Shown one piece after another: positions 29,175 to 38,790 of a stretch of DNA of 44,361 nucleotides (position 1 is its first letter; every line of letters begins with the position of its first letter). The translations under genes were made by a program, and so were the position numbers. Origin of the DNA: an uncultured Clostridiaceae bacterium (GTDB lineage Bacteria; Bacillota; Clostridia; Lutisporales; Lutisporaceae); contig CAZMPR010000001.1 of the NCBI GenBank assembly GCA_964568265.1, positions 19,338 through 63,698 of the forward strand, read 5' to 3'. The notes beneath the pieces were generated by a model. That model saw only the letters and a list, made by a program, of their open reading frames with translations, ran no database searches and was not told the origin of the DNA.

Positions 29175-32100
29175 ATGAATACCAATTTATCAAATTACCC
29201 TCAACTCCAATCAGCACTTAGGCAAAATAAATCTATCGTTTATCTATGCGGAGCTGGGCTGTCAAAGGCTCTTGGTAGCCACAAGTATAGCTGGTATAAC
29301 TGGATTGCGGCAGCAAGTGAATATTTGTCCACTGCTGATTCAGAGGAACTAAAAGTCCTATTGAATTCACCAGAAGAAAACGCATTAATCACAGCTGCGG
29401 GTTATGCTATACAGAGGACAAAGCAAAACGGAACCTATAATGATTATATGAATATGACAATTGGTTCTCTGACTGTAAAAAATGATTCCTTAGCATCTTC
29501 GTTCCAATCTGTCAACCGCGCCGGAGATTTTATAGCAACTACTAATTATGATTTACTGCTTGAACAAGCCACAGGCTTGGGCTCTTATACATATACCCAA
29601 TCGGGACATATCCTAAAAACATTAAAGGGAGATGCTGAAAGAAAAGTAATTCATTTGCATGGTCGATATGACGCCGATCGGGGAATAGATGATATTATTG
29701 CCGATTCTAGTCAATATAATTTTGTTGTAGCAAATCAGGGTGCTCAGTTTATTCAAAATCTGCTCAGTACAAACACAATTATCGTTATCGGCTGTGGTGC
29801 AACTTTAGATGATCCAAATCTATCAGGGTTTTTATCATTCGCACAAAAACAATTAGGTATATCAGTTCTTTATTTTTACTTATACAAGGGCGATGCAACT
29901 AGTACAGACAAATCATTACCTGATAATTTCATTCCGGTATCCTACGGCGATAACCATAATAAGTTGTCCGGATTTTTACGCGAAATTGTCTTATATAGGC
30001 TTAATCATTTGGCTTTCTCCAAGATGATAAGAATAAACCCCTATGTGGATTCCGAAAATAAAGGTTCAGCATATGGCCGACTTCATTTCTCTAATGAATT
30101 TAGTCTGTTTACCGGGCGTGATGAAGAATTGCGGGAGTTGGACGGATTTACATGTTGCGACCAAGAGCTATGTTGGTGGGCAATTACGGGTGAAGGCGGA
30201 TTTGGAAAGAGTAGGCTTCTACTCGAATGGTTGAAGCGCCTTCCCAATAACTGGTTTGGTTTCTTCGGTGAAACAAATTCAGAATCAATTTATGAATACC
30301 AGCAATTCAATCCGTTTAATAACACAATTATTATTTTAGACTATATTTTAGGTAATGAGGCTGACTGCGCAGCTATTATATCAACTGCCTATACAGTATT
30401 TGCAGATACTCCGTTTAAGCTGAGAATAGTTCTTGTTGATAGATTTTTTAATGATAGCAAAATTGGGTGGTATGATACACTGCTTAAGGAGTTAAAGCCG
30501 CAAGCAAAAGTTAAGTTTATAGGCAGCTGCTATACGGGAGAAAAACTTGTACCATTAAAAATTGGAAGGTTAATGGAGTCCGATGAACGTAAGCATGTTG
30601 AGAACTACCTTGAATCGTATCTTGGAATATTAGATGATGCTGTAAAAAGTAAATATACAGTTTGTTTTGCAGAAACAGCTTTAATAATTTACGAAAAGTT
30701 CTGCTCATCATTAGGTGACGAATACCACAGACCTTTGTTTTCAAATATATTTGTGGAAGTATGGATATCAAAAGACGGCGAGTTAGATGTTTACGGTATA
30801 AGAGAGCTGCTAGGCCAGTTCCTTGAAAAAGAAACAAAGCGTTGGTTACTTAGATTTGGCGGCGATAGTGGGCTGTTGTATGCTTACCAGATTCTTTTAG
30901 CCTTTGCATCAGCATCGCAGCTCTATGTATTGCAGGACGAGCTAGATATTTATCAAGAGTATTCTGATAGACTATTAGATTTTGTAGAATCTGAGAAGGT
31001 TGCTGGTAAAAGGAAAAAATCATTAGATGATCTGTTTATGTATCAAGAATACGCACGTAATTATGAAAGCGTTGAAGAGAGCGATTTAAATGTCTACTAT
31101 GAGAAAACTCAAGTGTTAGCAACTGATTCTAATTATTTGAGAAAAGAAAAGAATGGAGTTCCTATTTTATTAACAATATTAGCTCCTGAGTATCCAGATA
31201 TTATCCTTGAGTTTTTTGTTGATTACTATATAGATAAAGAGCATTGGATTATTTTTGCCCAAGAAGTACGAGAATATGAGAATGTGTGGTTTAATAGATT
31301 TCTTGTGCGAGGTATGGAAGATTTCCCCGATACAGAGTCATTTATTGAGATGTATTTTGCACCTCTTAAAGATCCTAAAGATACTTTTGGGTTTATAATT
31401 ACTGCCTTGCCCTACGTCAGAAAATTTGCTGAACGGGGCAAACTGCCAAAGATAATCGATACTCTCAGTACTGCTGGTATGTCGAAGGAATTTGGTCTTT
31501 ATGAGCTCGAATTATGGAGAAGAATTGCAGTAGTTTATAGTGAAAGGAAAGAGCATAATGATCTTTACGTTGCAGGACTTCGGTTCGCCGACTATATAAA
31601 ACAGAGAAAACAAATAGGTGAAATAATAAAAAACCTTCCAGAGATTATGAAAGGATTTTGTACTGAATTATTGAATGCACAACAGATTGATTTGTGTGCC
31701 CAACTAATTAAACGCTTTGATGGCATCGCATATGATGGATACATTGCGATAACTTGTTCTCTCATATATTATTATTTGATAAACTATCAGCTACATTATG
31801 GAAGCACTGAAAATGTAACAGAGCATTTGAAAGGAATATTGAGGCATTTGAGGAAGCATCCAAATGATGATGATATAATCGGTCATTTTGTTAATGCCAC
31901 GGATGAAATAAGAGAAAGTGTAAATCAGAATGCCGATACGGTCTTACTTAATAAACTTGTATCCATAGTTGAGCAAGCATACGACTGCAGCAAGAACGAA
32001 AAAATTGCAGAAGTTTTGGCAATTATCGAAGCTTCAAGGTTTTTCGAAAATATAGCAGGTAACAATCGAGGGTTTGTCCAGAAAGCACAAAAGCGCGTGA

Positions 32101-32459
32101 ATGATTTGTTCCAAGCATATGAAGATAATGTAGATGTAATACTTTCATATGCTTCCGTTACGGCGTTTATCTATCTTGAAGAGTTTAAACACATTTCTGA
32201 TAAAGAGCTGGATCAGTTCAAATCATGGAAGGATAGTTATCCTGAAAGAGCCGGTTTGTTAGAAGCATACGGAAAGATATTGTTGGCAAAATGGTTTAAT
32301 CTGACTGATGCATTTGAAGAGGATAATGCAAAGCCTGTTTTCAGACAAGTCGAGGATATAGCAAAAGTGCTTGCCGAAAGGCATGAAATGCCAGAGTTAC
32401 TGTTTAGAACACTTAAGATTAGAGGAATGGGTTGCTATTTGGACTTTTATGATTTGTAA
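29175..32459 (+). CDS. SIR2-like domain fused to STAND-type P-loop NTPase and helical repeat C-terminus (Avs5/AVAST type V-like)
   Basis: The N-terminal SIR2_2-type motifs are YLCGAGLSKALG, ATTNYDLLLE, VIHLHGRYD and VIGCGATLDDPNL. Walker A is GEGGFGKS (nt 30189-30212) and Walker B-like is NNTIIILDY. About 650 aa of helical sequence follow. The start could be ATG 29175 or GTG 29166. Confidence 0.75.
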   Translation: MNTNLSNYPQLQSALRQNKSIVYLCGAGLSKALGSHKYSWYNWIAAASEYLSTADSEELKVLLNSPEENALITAAGYAIQRTKQNGTYNDYMNMTIGSLTVKNDSLASSFQSVNRAGDFIATTNYDLLLEQATGLGSYTYTQSGHILKTLKGDAERKVIHLHGRYDADRGIDDIIADSSQYNFVVANQGAQFIQNLLSTNTIIVIGCGATLDDPNLSGFLSFAQKQLGISVLYFYLYKGDATSTDKSLPDNFIPVSYGDNHNKLSGFLREIVLYRLNHLAFSKMIRINPYVDSENKGSAYGRLHFSNEFSLFTGRDEELRELDGFTCCDQELCWWAITGEGGFGKSRLLLEWLKRLPNNWFGFFGETNSESIYEYQQFNPFNNTIIILDYILGNEADCAAIISTAYTVFADTPFKLRIVLVDRFFNDSKIGWYDTLLKELKPQAKVKFIGSCYTGEKLVPLKIGRLMESDERKHVENYLESYLGILDDAVKSKYTVCFAETALIIYEKFCSSLGDEYHRPLFSNIFVEVWISKDGELDVYGIRELLGQFLEKETKRWLLRFGGDSGLLYAYQILLAFASASQLYVLQDELDIYQEYSDRLLDFVESEKVAGKRKKSLDDLFMYQEYARNYESVEESDLNVYYEKTQVLATDSNYLRKEKNGVPILLTILAPEYPDIILEFFVDYYIDKEHWIIFAQEVREYENVWFNRFLVRGMEDFPDTESFIEMYFAPLKDPKDTFGFIITALPYVRKFAERGKLPKIIDTLSTAGMSKEFGLYELELWRRIAVVYSERKEHNDLYVAGLRFADYIKQRKQIGEIIKNLPEIMKGFCTELLNAQQIDLCAQLIKRFDGIAYDGYIAITCSLIYYYLINYQLHYGSTENVTEHLKGILRHLRKHPNDDDIIGHFVNATDEIRESVNQNADTVLLNKLVSIVEQAYDCSKNEKIAEVLAIIEASRFFENIAGNNRGFVQKAQKRVNDLFQAYEDNVDVILSYASVTAFIYLEEFKHISDKELDQFKSWKDSYPERAGLLEAYGKILLAKWFNLTDAFEEDNAKPVFRQVEDIAKVLAERHEMPELLFRTLKIRGMGCYLDFYDL

Positions 32460-32490
32460 AACTATATTTTAATGGTCTTATTAAATTATT

Positions 32491-32790
32491 CCAGCCACAA
32501 ATAAGATTAACTCATTTATTTAATGAAGCCTCTCATACATATTTGGGTATGTCATTATAATAGTTGGAATTGTTAATGCTGATAAACGAGATTTTAATCA
32601 TTATTATTGAAGGCAAAGCAATTAATGATTTTCTTGATTCTCAAGTTGCCAAGGCAAGAGGTGAAGAAATTAGATAGGAAGATATGAAGTGGGGAGCTTT
32701 GGAGTATTTGAAACTGTGTAGAAGGGATTCGCTTCCGGTATGAAAAGACAAGATGTGTTGGAATATAAAGCTATCGCATTAAATAATTTG
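32491..32790 (+). pseudogene. heavily decayed remnant of a paralogue of the 42277-42903 small CxxC-protein gene
   Basis: 32519-32577 aligns to 42343-42402 at about 83% nucleotide identity (9 mismatches and 1 gap in 60). Flanking fragments translate to recognisable pieces (NEASHTYLG; GKA; C..PV; EYKA) in shifting frames with several stops. Confidence 0.4.
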
Positions 32791-32816
32791 GGCAATAATT
32801 GATAGGGGTGATACAG

Positions 32817-33239
32817 ATGAGAACCAGTTGTGTTGTCTTAATTGTTTTGATTACATGTATTTTGCCAGCTGTGTTGATACCGATTACATTCTCAATTGTT
32901 AAGTATTCTGTTAATGAATTACAAAACTGTCCAATTACTTCGATTCTTAGTTTATCTGAAACAATACCGATATGGGAATATTTATCCTTATATTTATAGG
33001 TGTTAGGTGTAATTGCGACGGTGGTATTAGCCTATTTTATCTATAGATTAGAACGAAATAACGAGAATCAAGCAGAACGTAAAGAAATTAAGCAAGTTAA
33101 AAGAATTTTAAGTGTTTTGCTCGAAACTGGTTTTCAAAGGGCGTTTCAAAGTCAGCTAGATGATGAATGGGAATATTTTGATTTTGTAAGGATTACTGAA
33201 TCCCATATTGGAAATGCGGATGAACCAATTTTAGAGTAA
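32817..33239 (+). pseudogene. small membrane protein gene interrupted by an in-frame TAG (32997-32999)
   Basis: The track ORFs 32799-32999 and 33000-33239 are in the same frame and separated only by TAG. The stop falls inside one continuous hydrophobic stretch (IWEYLSLYL*VLGVIATVVLAYFIY). No ribosome-binding site precedes the GTG at 33000. ATG 32817 follows GGGGTG. Confidence 0.5.
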
Positions 33240-33333
33240 CTTTAACATGTCCATTTAAGAAATTTCAAATTCGTAGCTTCTTATTATTTTATTGATGTTT
33301 TGGTTAGACAATTTAACTCATTTCATGAAAAGT

Positions 33334-33362
33334 TTGACATATTCCAAAGGATATTGTACAAT
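33334..33362 (+). promoter_or_regulatory. candidate sigma-70-type promoter
   Basis: TTGACA (33334-33339), a 17-nt spacer, then TACAAT (33357-33362), about 105 nt upstream of the DUF2188-like gene. Confidence 0.5.
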
Positions 33363-33466
33363 CGAGGCGGCACCATATAAGGTGTACATTTAAAATTCAA
33401 AACACAATATATTGTATTAATTTTAATATATGGTTAATAAGGACGATGAGATTGGGGGTGAAAGTT

Positions 33467-33688
33467 ATGGGTAAGAATCAGCATGTAGTGCCACATAAGA
33501 ATGGTTGGGCTGTTAAAGGGGCAGGAAATATCAAGGCTACTTCTATTCATAGCACTCAAGAAGAAGCAAGAAAAGCAGCTAGGGAGATCGCAATAAACCA
33601 AAAATCTGAACTTTTAATTCACAGACCTGACGGAAGGATTAGGGACAAACATTCTTATGGTAATGATCCATTTCCACCAAGAGGTTAG
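33467..33688 (+). CDS. DUF2188-like small protein
   Basis: 73 aa. GKNQHVVPHKNGWAVKGAGN...EEARKAAREIA...ELLIHRPDGRIRD matches my memory of the DUF2188 pattern. ATG 33467 follows GGGGGTGA. Confidence 0.65.
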   Translation: MGKNQHVVPHKNGWAVKGAGNIKATSIHSTQEEARKAAREIAINQKSELLIHRPDGRIRDKHSYGNDPFPPRG

Positions 33689-33697
33689 ACATAAGTG

Positions 33698-33731
33698 ATT
33701 ACCTTTTTATCCATATGGATAAAAAGGTAAT
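33698..33731 (+). terminator. 34-nt perfect palindrome (hairpin) after the DUF2188-like gene
   Basis: ATTACCTTTTTATCCAT|ATGGATAAAAAGGTAAT is perfectly self-complementary and starts 9 nt after the stop codon. No clear T-tract follows it, so terminator function is uncertain. Confidence 0.35.
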
Positions 33732-33868
33732 ATTACATAAAGACTTTTTAGAAGTCTGAGTTTAATAATATATTGGAGACCTGCCGAGATTATTGTGCTT
33801 AGATTATATATTATGAATATAGGGGATTAGCTGTAATAAAGTATAGCATGGTAAAGAGAGGTGCAATT

Positions 33869-35239
33869 ATGTCCAATGAGATATCCCTAAGGAATATAAA
33901 TTACTATCTTGAATTAGAGAATGCAAATTTACCCATTTATGCAGCTAAGAATTCTTCAAAATTTTTGACAAGAAGATTATATGGTAAAGAAGAAGATAAA
34001 GAAAGACTTGCCTTTCAAAGAGATAGGGATAGAATAATTCATTCAAGAGCTTTTAGAAGACTGATGCATAAAACGCAAATTTTTTGTGCAAACAAAGGTG
34101 ATCATTTTAGAAATAGACTCACTCATACTTTGGAAGTAAGTCAAATATCAAGATCAATAGCTAAAAGATTAGGTTTAAACGAAGAATTAACGGAAGCAAT
34201 TGCTTTAGGTCATGATTTGGGTCATACCCCTTTTGGTCATATTGGAGAGCAAACTTTACATAATATTATATCAGGCAGAATGAAGATTGATGGTGAATTG
34301 AATTCTATGCCCAATGCTGGTGGCTTTAAACATAATTACCAGGGATTGCATTTAGTAGATAACCTAGAACAAAACGCTAGCCATAGCAAAGGAATGAATC
34401 TTACATTGGCCGTAAGAGAAGGTATATTAAAACACACGAAAAGGAGTTTAAGCATTAAAATTAGGGACTATAAGAATGATAAGATTGATAAAATTGTAGA
34501 AAGAATAGACTATGGTAATAATATAAATTTAGAAGATATAAACATAAACGATCCTTCATTTACTTTAGAGGGACAAGTAGTGGCTATATCGGATGAAATA
34601 GCACAGTGTACACACGATCTTGAGGACGGTATAAGGGCGGGTGTAATTAATATGAAAGATTTAAAAAACTCGGACTTAGTTAATGATGTATGCGAAAAAT
34701 ATCAATATAATTATCTTTTTACACAGCATTTAGAAGTTGCTGAAATTAGAAATACATTAATAAAAAAGATGATTGGATTTTTGTTAAATAATGCTGCCGT
34801 TAATACTATGGCTAAATTGAAGGAAGTTAATTTAAACAACATATATATTGAAAGTAAAGGAGCTATTATTTTTAAGAATCTAATAGTTGATTTTGATGCT
34901 GATGTGGCAGGAAAAGTAAAGGAATTATATAAGCTAATAACTAATCTGGTTATTAATTCAGTAGAAGTTAGCATTACGGATAGTAAGGCAATTTATTTAA
35001 TTACAGAGCTATTTAAGTCTTATTATACCTATCCACAACAATTGCCTGAATATATATTAAAAAAATACTATAAGGGCAAAGGGATTTCAGTTAACAGAAA
35101 AGATATTGAGGAAATGACATTTCAATTTAGGCGTGATCCTTTATTTATTAGATTGATAGGCGATCATATAAGTAGTATGACAGATCAATATGCTATACGA
35201 GAATACGACAAATTGCACTCTTCAAAGTTTTACGGGTAG
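33869..35239 (+). CDS. dgt: dGTP triphosphohydrolase (Dgt/HD-domain dNTPase family)
   Basis: Contains [42 protein letters not shown] and [14 protein letters not shown] 33869 follows AAGAGAGGTG. Confidence 0.85.
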   Translation: MSNEISLRNINYYLELENANLPIYAAKNSSKFLTRRLYGKEEDKERLAFQRDRDRIIHSRAFRRLMHKTQIFCANKGDHFRNRLTHTLEVSQISRSIAKRLGLNEELTEAIALGHDLGHTPFGHIGEQTLHNIISGRMKIDGELNSMPNAGGFKHNYQGLHLVDNLEQNASHSKGMNLTLAVREGILKHTKRSLSIKIRDYKNDKIDKIVERIDYGNNINLEDININDPSFTLEGQVVAISDEIAQCTHDLEDGIRAGVINMKDLKNSDLVNDVCEKYQYNYLFTQHLEVAEIRNTLIKKMIGFLLNNAAVNTMAKLKEVNLNNIYIESKGAIIFKNLIVDFDADVAGKVKELYKLITNLVINSVEVSITDSKAIYLITELFKSYYTYPQQLPEYILKKYYKGKGISVNRKDIEEMTFQFRRDPLFIRLIGDHISSMTDQYAIREYDKLHSSKFYG

Positions 35240-35498
35240 GCTCTTAGAATATGAAGAGGCTCCGTATAAGCAAGCAATATATGAAAGCTAATGCTCAAAA
35301 GTGAAACATAAAAAAATTAATTACGTTGTTGAAAATTCCGGGGTAGATTCAAAAGTAAATAATATTACGATTTTGGAATACCAAAAGCAAAGCCAATGCT
35401 AAACTAACACGTTTTAATATACCGGATGATATAAACATTTTTAACTAAGACACGGTAAAGTAAATGTGCCTGACTAAAAAGAGATAGGGAGGAGGCCT

Positions 35499-35621
35499 AT
35501 GGGGTATAGATTTTATACAAGTAATGAAAAAGAGCTAATTATCCTTTGCCTGTGTTCGTGGTTTAAAAAAGATAAAAAAACCACATGCCTGGTTATATTA
35601 CCTTCATTATGTATAGCGTAA
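35499..35621 (+). CDS. possible 40-aa Cys-rich hydrophobic small ORF
   Basis: A strong GGGAGGAGG ribosome-binding site lies 4 nt upstream of ATG 35499. The product is MGYRFYTSNEKELIILCLCSWFKKDKKTTCLVILPSLCIA. It is too short for the ORF track and there is no homology evidence. Confidence 0.25.
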   Translation: MGYRFYTSNEKELIILCLCSWFKKDKKTTCLVILPSLCIA

Positions 35622-35805
35622 AAATAAATGCACTTTATCATAAGTTTAAATAAGGTAGAGATTGTAATTATTAATAAAGTAATAGATGAAAAAAGAAAAA
35701 AAGGAAATAATAACTATTTAAACAGCATCTAAGTTATCCAGCTATTCATTTTAAATTGAATATAGTTAATTTGATACAACTAGGCCATTATTAGGGGGAT
35801 GAAAG

Positions 35806-38790
35806 ATGAGATTATTATTAATTCAATTAAGTGATATGCACTGTATCAATTCGGATAATTATTTATTTGAAAAAGTTGATAAGGCTATTAGAGCAATTGA
35901 TACACTCGGTAAAGTAGATGCCGCTGTTTTAATTTTTTCAGGTGATCTCACCGATACAGCAAATCCGAATGAATTCAAAGTAGGAAGGAAAGTAATAGGG
36001 AAATTTCTTTCACAATTGTCAGGAGTACTAGAATGTGGGTTTATTCCTACAAAAATTGTTCCTGGTAATCACGACATATTCCTACCTAAAGAATGCCGTG
36101 GAGCAAATGAAATCAAAAAATGGAACAAGCAAGAGCATCTTGAAGATGAGCTATCATATCTCAAAAATTTCTTCGAGTATTCAACAAGCAAGAATTGCTT
36201 TGTAAAAGATAAATTATGTGATGTTGACACTATTGTTGTTGGGGGGTTAAAATTACAGATTTGTTTATTAAACTCTGCACCGTATTCAACTCGGGACCCT
36301 GATGATAAGCAGTTTCACTATTTACCTGGTTATGTCTCCGAAAAGTTAGTTAGAGATCCTGAAGCCGACTTGAAAATTACAGTTATGCACCACCATTATG
36401 AATGGTGTGAATGGGGTACCAAAGAATTGTTAAAAAATGCTTTAGCGACTGATGATATTGTTTTCTTTGGACACGATCATAAACCAGAATCAGTTATAAT
36501 GCATAATGGTGATGGGAGTACTTTCAATATTATTATGGGGGGAAGATTTAACCTTAAAATAGACCAAGACAGTACTTTTAATGCGGTTATATTTGATAAG
36601 GAGAAGAATGTTTTCGAATTATTTAAATTCAATTGGATTATTGGAGACAGGCTATTCACTGCAGTATCCTGTGGTGAGATTAAGAAAAAGAGAAAAGCTT
36701 TTTCTCCTAAAGAATCATATTTGGCTGAGCTCCTTAAGGACAACCAGGGTATTGGGAACAGTTTTATGGATTATTATGTATTCCCAAAACTGGCTATTGG
36801 AAGAGAAGCCTTCACTTCGGAGGGAAATGTAGAATTCAATAGTGTTGAAAATATTTTTGCTGCAATTAAATCTGATAAAGCTATTGAGATAATAGGAAAT
36901 AGTAATGCAGGAAAGACTACTCTATTGAGATATTTGTATTTTAGGTCAATAGAGTTTGGTTTCATACCAATTCTAATTGAAAAAAAAGATTACAAAGATA
37001 ATAGAATAGATAGAATGTTACGTGGCTTATTCGAAGATCAGTATGGAGTCATTTCAAAATATGGCTATGATTCATATGATCAAGCGGATAGATCAAAACA
37101 AATTATTTTTATAGATGATATAGACCTAATTTCAAGCCATAAGGCACAAGAAAACTTGATTAGAAACGTATTTGACTCTGGAAGACTTCTTATTTACACA
37201 ACAAAAGAAAAAAATATAAATCTTGAGGACATTGTAAAAACAAAATTGCAGGGTGTAACTATTAATACTATTGAAATCAAACCGTTTTACAAAGAAACAC
37301 GTGATAAATTAGTGCAAAAAGTATGTAAAGTTTGTGGAAAAGAACAAAAAGAAGTAGATGCAATTATAGGAGCGCTTGACTATATGGTTCAATGCCAAAC
37401 AAGCTTTTTTACATTTACGCCGGTAAACATGTTGCAATATATTAAGTTTTTCTTATATGGCGGAGCTAATAATCGGAAAAATGTGCAGACAATTTCTATG
37501 GTATTTGAAACAAACATAAGAAATGCTATTCTCTCATGCGAAAAAGATTTTGTTGCTAATGTTTATCTTATGGTACTTGAATACATAGCTGATCAAATGT
37601 ATTTCGTTTTTAAAACCGAAAAAATAAGCATTACAGATTTTGAAACAATAATTGAAGAGTTTAAAAATTTAAGGAGGGTAGAGGTAAATGCTAAGCTGTT
37701 TTTAAACACGTGTATAGAAGCTCGTATCTTTAAGGATGATAATAGATCATTTAGTGTTAGTTTTTTCGATAGCAATACCTACGCATATTTCGTGGCGAAG
37801 GCTATAAATAGAGAGTTCGAAAAAGATCAGACAAATACAAATAAGCTGTTATTTATTATGGATCGGATATGTTTTGGAATCAATGATACAATCATTTTAT
37901 TCTTATCCTTTATTAGGAACAATACAAATATAATTTTAAAAATTGCTGAAGATGCCACAGAGATGATGGCTAATTTTCCAGAGTGGAGCTTAGAAGCAAT
38001 TAATATTCCATTTCTGCATCAGTTTACAAAATTGTCAGACAAGTTACCATCGGCAGAAGAGAAACGGAATGTTCATAAACAGACCGAGAAAGTTGAAGAA
38101 GAATGTCATGATGCAATTCAATTTCGTAGCATTTTTGATTATAATGAAGCTGATGTCAATAAGAAACGTTATGTAGTTTTGCGAGCGTTGAAATATTCTC
38201 AGCTTATTGGACGGGCATTAGTTGACCAGTACGGTGCTTTGAATGCTAATGAAATTGATAGGTTGGTTAAAACACTTTATTCCATACCACAAAAAGTGAT
38301 TTATGCAATACTTAAGCCCCAACAGGATCATATTAGTGATATTATAAATAGTATTATCACATTTGTTAGGGAGAAGATGCCAGACGAAGATGTAAAAGAT
38401 GATCATATTAAGCTATTACTGGGAGAGGTAGGCACCTTTATAGCTTTAGGTATAATGAATGATATTGCTTATAATGCTTCAAATGAGAATACAATCATAG
38501 CGTTAAGAAATTATAGTCCAAATAATATTAATTATAAAATTATGCTATTGATGATGGAGGAAAATGTAGGTATTACATCTGAATTTGTATCGAAAGCTAT
38601 TGCATTGCGAAAAGAGTTAGACGACTGTTATTATGCCAAAACATTAATTTCACAAATCGCAAGAAAACATGTTATACTTACAGACAATATCGATCATAGA
38701 CAGGTTGACAGGCTTGTATCTGGAAAAGTTATATCAACTAGCGGCAAAGCTACTTTACTGCTTAAGCAAGGTAAAAAGGGTAGAAGCTAA
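35806..38790 (+). CDS. calcineurin-like metallophosphoesterase fused to P-loop NTPase and large helical C-terminal region
   Basis: 994 aa. Metallophosphoesterase motifs appear in order: LSDMH (D10/H12), SGDLTD (D47), PGNHD (N88/H89), VMHHHYEW and FGHDH. Walker A is GNSNAGKT (res 364-371, nt 36895-36918) and Walker B-like is QIIFIDDIDL. About 550 aa of helical sequence follow. AGGGGGA lies 6 nt upstream of the ATG. Confidence 0.75.
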   Translation: MRLLLIQLSDMHCINSDNYLFEKVDKAIRAIDTLGKVDAAVLIFSGDLTDTANPNEFKVGRKVIGKFLSQLSGVLECGFIPTKIVPGNHDIFLPKECRGANEIKKWNKQEHLEDELSYLKNFFEYSTSKNCFVKDKLCDVDTIVVGGLKLQICLLNSAPYSTRDPDDKQFHYLPGYVSEKLVRDPEADLKITVMHHHYEWCEWGTKELLKNALATDDIVFFGHDHKPESVIMHNGDGSTFNIIMGGRFNLKIDQDSTFNAVIFDKEKNVFELFKFNWIIGDRLFTAVSCGEIKKKRKAFSPKESYLAELLKDNQGIGNSFMDYYVFPKLAIGREAFTSEGNVEFNSVENIFAAIKSDKAIEIIGNSNAGKTTLLRYLYFRSIEFGFIPILIEKKDYKDNRIDRMLRGLFEDQYGVISKYGYDSYDQADRSKQIIFIDDIDLISSHKAQENLIRNVFDSGRLLIYTTKEKNINLEDIVKTKLQGVTINTIEIKPFYKETRDKLVQKVCKVCGKEQKEVDAIIGALDYMVQCQTSFFTFTPVNMLQYIKFFLYGGANNRKNVQTISMVFETNIRNAILSCEKDFVANVYLMVLEYIADQMYFVFKTEKISITDFETIIEEFKNLRRVEVNAKLFLNTCIEARIFKDDNRSFSVSFFDSNTYAYFVAKAINREFEKDQTNTNKLLFIMDRICFGINDTIILFLSFIRNNTNIILKIAEDATEMMANFPEWSLEAINIPFLHQFTKLSDKLPSAEEKRNVHKQTEKVEEECHDAIQFRSIFDYNEADVNKKRYVVLRALKYSQLIGRALVDQYGALNANEIDRLVKTLYSIPQKVIYAILKPQQDHISDIINSIITFVREKMPDEDVKDDHIKLLLGEVGTFIALGIMNDIAYNASNENTIIALRNYSPNNINYKIMLLMMEENVGITSEFVSKAIALRKELDDCYYAKTLISQIARKHVILTDNIDHRQVDRLVSGKVISTSGKATLLLKQGKKGRS

